43,454 nt of DNA. It comes from Candidatus Yonathbacteria bacterium. GTDB taxonomy: Bacteria; Patescibacteriota; Minisyncoccia; Phycocordibacterales; UBA1550. The stretch lies in assembly GCA_016201355.1 (NCBI GenBank), contig JACQCY010000034.1, positions 1 through 43,454 on the forward strand, in the 5' to 3' direction. The stretch's first letter is position 1. Every line of letters begins with the position of its first letter. A program made the position numbers and the translations under genes. The notes under the pieces are model-generated. The model saw only the letters and a program-made list of their open reading frames with translations, was not told the origin of the DNA and ran no database searches. Below are positions 39,908 to 43,454 of this stretch, piece after piece.

Positions 39908-41806
39908 TCAGTCTTCCCCACTCAAAATTGCGGTCAAAACATCTTCGGGAACTTCTCTGATTTTTGGCTCTTCTTGCTCCTTTTCTTTTTCCTTAAGCGT
40001 GGTATCTTCTGCGCGCGGTTTTTCTTTGTGGGGCGAAGGTACGGAAGGAGTCTCCACTTTTTCTTTCTTCTCTTTCAATATTGAAGCAAGAGCGTTTTTC
40101 AATTCATTTAAATTATCATTATCAAGATTTTTAGGAGGCGGAATATTAGACACTGGCTTCTCTTTCAAAAGCGTGGCGAGGGGCAATTCCTTTGATATCT
40201 CTTTCTGAATTTCGCCAGCACGAGGAATATTCGTTCTTGTTGTCTCTTTTTCAAGATCTTTAAACGCTTGAGCAAAAGGTTTTTCGGTCTTTTTTACCTT
40301 TTCCCTTTTAGAAACAATATTTTGCTTAAGGGAGACGATGGGTTGGTATCTCTGATAAGGCGCTCTGGTATTTTCTCTCGCTTCATTGTCGCTCTGTCGC
40401 GCAAAAGAAGGTTTCGCTCCATATTCACTGTATTGTTTCGAAATAGGCTTCGCAAGAGGATGTTCTCCTTTTTGAAAATTCGAAGAAGGAGGCGGGGTAA
40501 TATCTCCTGATGATGGTCCATACCACGCATTGATACTCTCCTCGACTTTTTGTCGCGGATGCGCGTATATTTCACGAGAAGAACGAATAACCTCGTCCTT
40601 GCTTGATTTTTCTGGAGGTAGAATGGGAGGCATCGTCACCGCAGAAAACGGATGCGAAGCAACTCCATCAATCATAAGCTTCAAATAGATTTGAGTAAAA
40701 CCGAGATTAACCATATCTTCAGCGGTAAATACCGGCGCATATTCTTTTTCAAGGTGCTCGGCATCGGTCGCCCCAACCCGAAACATTATCTGCGTTCCCA
40801 CATTGCCAAATACCGCCGCCGTCACTTCCTCGGACATCTGTTCGATATACTGGTGCGCCATAATGAGCGCGAGTTTGTACTTGCGCGCTTCTGACAATAT
40901 GTTCGCGAAAGATTCATTGGCAAAAGATTGAAATTCATCGACATACAAATAAAAATTAGGCAGTTTTCTAAGCTCACTCTCTACGAGATCCGCGCGCGAC
41001 ATTGCTGAAAGATATATCTTGGTGATAATCATACTTCCCAAAAGATTGGCATTACCCTCCCCTACTTGTCCTTTTGAAAGATTGACGATGAGGATCTTTC
41101 GCTCATCCATTATTTTGCGCAGATCAAAACTTGAGTGAGGTTGTCCGATAATATTTCTAATGAGCGGGTTTGAAGTAAATTGACCGATTTTGTTCTGAAT
41201 AGCCGGAGTTGCCTCCGCCGCATATTTCTCGGAATACTTCGCATACTCGTCAACCCAAAACGATTTCACGGATGGATCCTGAATATTATCCACGACCTTT
41301 TTACGATATGCTTTATCTGCAAGCATACGATTGACACCAAGGAGTGTCGAGTCTGGATATTCCAAAAGCGCAAGGAGAACATTGGAAAGAATGTACTCCA
41401 TACGCGCCGACCATGCATCCACCCATATCTTTTTGAACACGCTCATAAGACCGTTTGCAACGAGGTGTCTTTTATCTGGCCCAATATCCTCCATAATATT
41501 AAAGGAGATTGGATTTTCCATATCAAAAGGCGCGAAGTAAATAACATCCTTCACGCGTTCTGCGGGAATATATTCAAGGAGAAACGCCGCAGATTTTCCG
41601 TGCGGATCGATAAAGGCAAACCCTTCGCCGTTTTTAATATCCTGCACCGCCATATTTTCAATCATCGTAGACTTTCCCATACCGGTCTTGCCGATGATGT
41701 ACATATGGCGCGTACGATCTTCCGCCTTGATACCAAATGGCACTCGCTTATTACGACGATCAGTCTCCGCAAAATAGGTGATGCGATTTTTATCGTAGAG
41801 GTACAT
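39908..41806 (-). CDS. VirD4/TraD/TraG-like (type IV coupling protein family) P-loop ATPase with no TM segments and a low-complexity C-terminal tail of about 230 aa
   Basis: It has Walker A (IIGKTGMGKST), FIDPHG, Walker B (FYLYVDEFQSF) and ARKYKLALIMAHQYIEQM (TraG-D_C-like). The tail is rich in K, E, P and S. The track start at 41848 is a TTG, so I preferred the ATG at 41806 (MYLYDKNRITYF). Confidence 0.7.
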   Translation of the reverse strand: MYLYDKNRITYFAETDRRNKRVPFGIKAEDRTRHMYIIGKTGMGKSTMIENMAVQDIKNGEGFAFIDPHGKSAAFLLEYIPAERVKDVIYFAPFDMENPISFNIMEDIGPDKRHLVANGLMSVFKKIWVDAWSARMEYILSNVLLALLEYPDSTLLGVNRMLADKAYRKKVVDNIQDPSVKSFWVDEYAKYSEKYAAEATPAIQNKIGQFTSNPLIRNIIGQPHSSFDLRKIMDERKILIVNLSKGQVGEGNANLLGSMIITKIYLSAMSRADLVESELRKLPNFYLYVDEFQSFANESFANILSEARKYKLALIMAHQYIEQMSEEVTAAVFGNVGTQIMFRVGATDAEHLEKEYAPVFTAEDMVNLGFTQIYLKLMIDGVASHPFSAVTMPPILPPEKSSKDEVIRSSREIYAHPRQKVEESINAWYGPSSGDITPPPSSNFQKGEHPLAKPISKQYSEYGAKPSFARQSDNEARENTRAPYQRYQPIVSLKQNIVSKREKVKKTEKPFAQAFKDLEKETTRTNIPRAGEIQKEISKELPLATLLKEKPVSNIPPPKNLDNDNLNELKNALASILKEKKEKVETPSVPSPHKEKPRAEDTTLKEKEKEQEEPKIREVPEDVLTAILSGED

Positions 41807-41875
41807 AGAGTAGTCGGTAACCACTAGCCAATAGCAAGTAGTAAACAAAGTATATCACCAATTATTGGCAAAATG

Positions 41876-41918
41876 AAAACTCGGGCGCGATTGGCTTTGC
41901 CAATCGCGCCCGAGTTTT
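41876..41918 (-). terminator. Strong GC-rich intrinsic terminator (20-bp perfect stem) directly after the RhuM-Doc gene
   Basis: The stem pairs AAAACTCGGGCGCGATTGGC with GCCAATCGCGCCCGAGTTTT around a 3-nt loop. A/T runs sit on both sides, so it could act bidirectionally. Confidence 0.8.
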
Positions 41919-42901
41919 TACTTCCTTTTCTTCGCAAGCATCGTAAGGATTAATCCGACCATCTTGTCCTTGTGCGCAGGGTCACTCTCGGCTATGAGAA
42001 GTGTGATTGCGGTGAGTGCGGGTGGAGTGATACGCGCAATGTCCAATACTTTTGCTTTTGCAAGAAACCATACAAATGCATACGCGCCACTTCTTTTATT
42101 GCCATCAAGAAACGGATGATTTTTGATAACAAAGTACAAGAAATGCGCCGCCTTCTCCTCGACGGTCAAGTACATCTCCTGTCCACCAAATGTTTGCATC
42201 ACATTGCCGATGATGCCCGCAAGAATCCCTCGCTCGCGCTCAGTAGCAAAAAGATCCGTCGCTTCACCTTTTTCAATAAGCGATTCTTTCAGTGAGGCGA
42301 GGGATTTCTCAAACATCTCTGCCGTAATTTTGACAGACTTTTTTGTCGCACCTTTTGTAACCAACGCATCCTTATCGTACGCATCAAGAGAGAGCCATGT
42401 GTCCGCAAAGAGTGTTACGAGCTCAAGGATATCTTTCGTATCCGCCATTGCGCCCACAGGAAGTAGCGCCTTTACATCTGCGACTGCCTGCAAAAATGCG
42501 TCGTAGTTTTTTGAAATGCGTGTTCGATTTAATGTATAGCCCTCAACCAAGTGCTTGCGCAATGTACTTGTTACCCACTGACGAAATGAGGTTGCTTGTC
42601 GTGAGTTCACACGGTAACCAACCGATAAAATCGCATCAAGGTTATAAGATTTTACCTTATACTTTTTACCGTCGGTGGCAGTTGTCAAGAAATCCTTTAC
42701 AACTGAACTTTGGTCTAACTCCTTACTTTTGAAGATGTTTTTAAAGTGGAGACTAATGTTTTGCTTTGTAGTGCTAAAAAGCTCTGCAACTTGGTCTTGT
42801 GTCGCCCACACCGTCTCCCTACCAAAATCCCCCCGAAGCTCGATGGCTCCCGACTTTGCTTGGTAGATGACTACTTCCTTTTTTATTTTCTGCGGTTTCA
42901 T
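41918..42901 (-). CDS. RhuM-family N-terminal domain fused to a Doc-type Fic domain (death-on-curing kinase-type toxin domain)
   Basis: The RhuM-like part is IELRGDFGRETVWATQDQVAELF...NISLHFKNIF...SVGYRVNSRQATSFRQWVTSTLRKHLVEGY. The Doc-type motif is HPFLDGNKRSGAYAF (HxFxDGNKR). The track start at 43024 is a GTG and overlaps the mazG-like gene, so I preferred the ATG at 42901. Confidence 0.75.
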   Translation of the reverse strand: MKPQKIKKEVVIYQAKSGAIELRGDFGRETVWATQDQVAELFSTTKQNISLHFKNIFKSKELDQSSVVKDFLTTATDGKKYKVKSYNLDAILSVGYRVNSRQATSFRQWVTSTLRKHLVEGYTLNRTRISKNYDAFLQAVADVKALLPVGAMADTKDILELVTLFADTWLSLDAYDKDALVTKGATKKSVKITAEMFEKSLASLKESLIEKGEATDLFATERERGILAGIIGNVMQTFGGQEMYLTVEEKAAHFLYFVIKNHPFLDGNKRSGAYAFVWFLAKAKVLDIARITPPALTAITLLIAESDPAHKDKMVGLILTMLAKKRK

Positions 42902-42959
42902 TGAGAACAGTATACCACGGCAAGCGATGAGTGAAACAGATATACAGACTATAAATATA

Positions 42960-43298
42960 TTAGCTCCAGATACGCTGTTTATTGATTTCCTCTTTGTCGC
43001 GAAACGCTTTTTCAAGATCAACACCGCTGTCGTTGCAGATTTTCAATAGATTAATAAAAACATCGGCAATTTCAAAATCCAGATGATGTTCGTTTGAATT
43101 TTTATCTATTTTTATTCCCTGAGATTTTCTCGCCGCTTTTGCCATTTCCCCACACTCTTCAAGAAATATCATAAAAGTCTCAGACAACCGTTGTTCTCCG
43201 AAGCCTCGTTCCATCCCCATATCGGCAACATATTTTTGAAAATCCTTGAGCGTCGGGTCAGTCTTAAGGTTCAATGAGCTTTCTTTTTTCTCAGTCAT
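42960..43298 (-). CDS. mazG: MazG-like nucleoside-triphosphate pyrophosphohydrolase (single all-alpha NTP-PPase domain)
   Basis: It is 112 aa. It carries the ExxGE motif (FLEECGEMAKA) and the ExxD motif (EIADVFINLLKI) typical of the MazG/YpjD family. Confidence 0.7.
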   Translation of the reverse strand: MTEKKESSLNLKTDPTLKDFQKYVADMGMERGFGEQRLSETFMIFLEECGEMAKAARKSQGIKIDKNSNEHHLDFEIADVFINLLKICNDSGVDLEKAFRDKEEINKQRIWS

Positions 43299-43390
43299 AA
43301 TATTATTTCATTAATGAGTAATCACCGTGTCATATTTCTACAAAACATCTCCTGCAATATTCTTCTTATTCTCATCTCGCTTCCCTCTCT

Positions 43391-43425
43391 ATATTCAAAT
43401 TCCAAATTCCATATTCTATATTCTA
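43391..43425. repeat. Five tandem imperfect heptamers (ATATTCA AATTCCA AATTCCA TATTCTA TATTCTA)
   Basis: I read it directly. A core ATTC recurs every 7 nt. The array lies about 95-130 nt upstream of the mazG-like start codon and next to a possible stop codon of a gene running off the window. Confidence 0.5.
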
Positions 43426-43454
43426 TTCAGTCTTCAATGCCTCCTTCGTATACA

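Noticed and set aside
41807-41848. TTG-initiated N-terminal extension of the T4CP-like ATPase (MFTTCYWLVVTDYS)
   Set aside because: The start codon is non-ATG and the extension is only 14 aa, which is not long enough for a TM anchor. I preferred the internal ATG at 41806, but the true start remains uncertain.
42902-43024. GTG-initiated 41-aa extension of the RhuM-Doc ORF with a hydrophobic stretch
   Set aside because: It would overlap the 3' end of the mazG-like gene by 65 nt. RhuM homology begins just after the ATG at 42901.
43427-43454. Possible 3' end of a further minus-strand CDS (…VYEGGIED*) at the window edge
   Set aside because: Only 9 codons are visible, which is too short to support any call.
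1-43454. Alternative genetic code (UGA recoded), as in some candidate-phyla lineages
   Set aside because: All family-recognisable ORFs are full length under the standard code. TGA terminates several genes precisely at ATGA coupling junctions.

Overview
This is a 43.5-kb, gene-dense bacterial window. It reads cleanly in the standard genetic code: TGA works as a stop, and there are five ATGA start/stop overlaps. The gene content suggests a Patescibacteria/CPR-like genome, but that is inference only. The supporting signs are a short ValRS, a lamin-tail-domain surface protein, an O-antigen-ligase/TPR fusion, an isolated purB and very compact operons.

Layout:
- tRNA-Tyr sits on the minus strand beside a 25-bp perfect palindrome.
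- The plus strand carries valS-prsW-hsp20 and then a GC-rich purB.
- tRNA-Phe follows on the minus strand.
- From 5.5 to 43.3 kb every gene is on the minus strand.

The minus-strand block is dominated by a roughly 30-kb surface-glycan region:
- a Wzy_C/TPR ligase-like protein and an MsbA/PglK-like ABC exporter;
- an IMPase-like and MtlD-like pair;
- an ATP-grasp enzyme and a methyltransferase;
- a nonulosonic-acid (Pse/Leg-like) core: NeuB-like synthase, a SpsF-type cytidylyltransferase fused to DUF218, a Gfo/Idh/MocA oxidoreductase, a class-III aminotransferase, PseC and PseB;
- an unassigned 643-aa GT-B-like protein;
- GT9, GT4 and GT2 glycosyltransferases plus three more methyltransferases;
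- a Dpm1-like / GT-C / GtrA triad;
- three further GT4 genes and an SDR epimerase/dehydratase.

A bacterial Elp3 homologue (radical SAM + GNAT) is embedded in this block, 5 nt upstream of gtrA. The distal end holds an LTD-PKD-LTD surface protein, a soluble VirD4/TraD-like ATPase with a long disordered tail, a strong terminator, and a MazG-like + RhuM-Doc pair.

Best candidates for new biology:
1. the non-canonical nonulosonate locus, which has no PseG/PseH but adds an ATP-grasp, a methyltransferase, an MtlD/IMPase pair and the SpsF-DUF218 fusion;
2. the Elp3 gene wired into a glycosylation operon;
3. the LTD protein plus membrane-less coupling-protein-like ATPase;
4. the MazG / RhuM-Doc module.

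No rRNA, CRISPR array, integrase or transposase was recognised. All family calls come from motif recognition by eye, with no database search.
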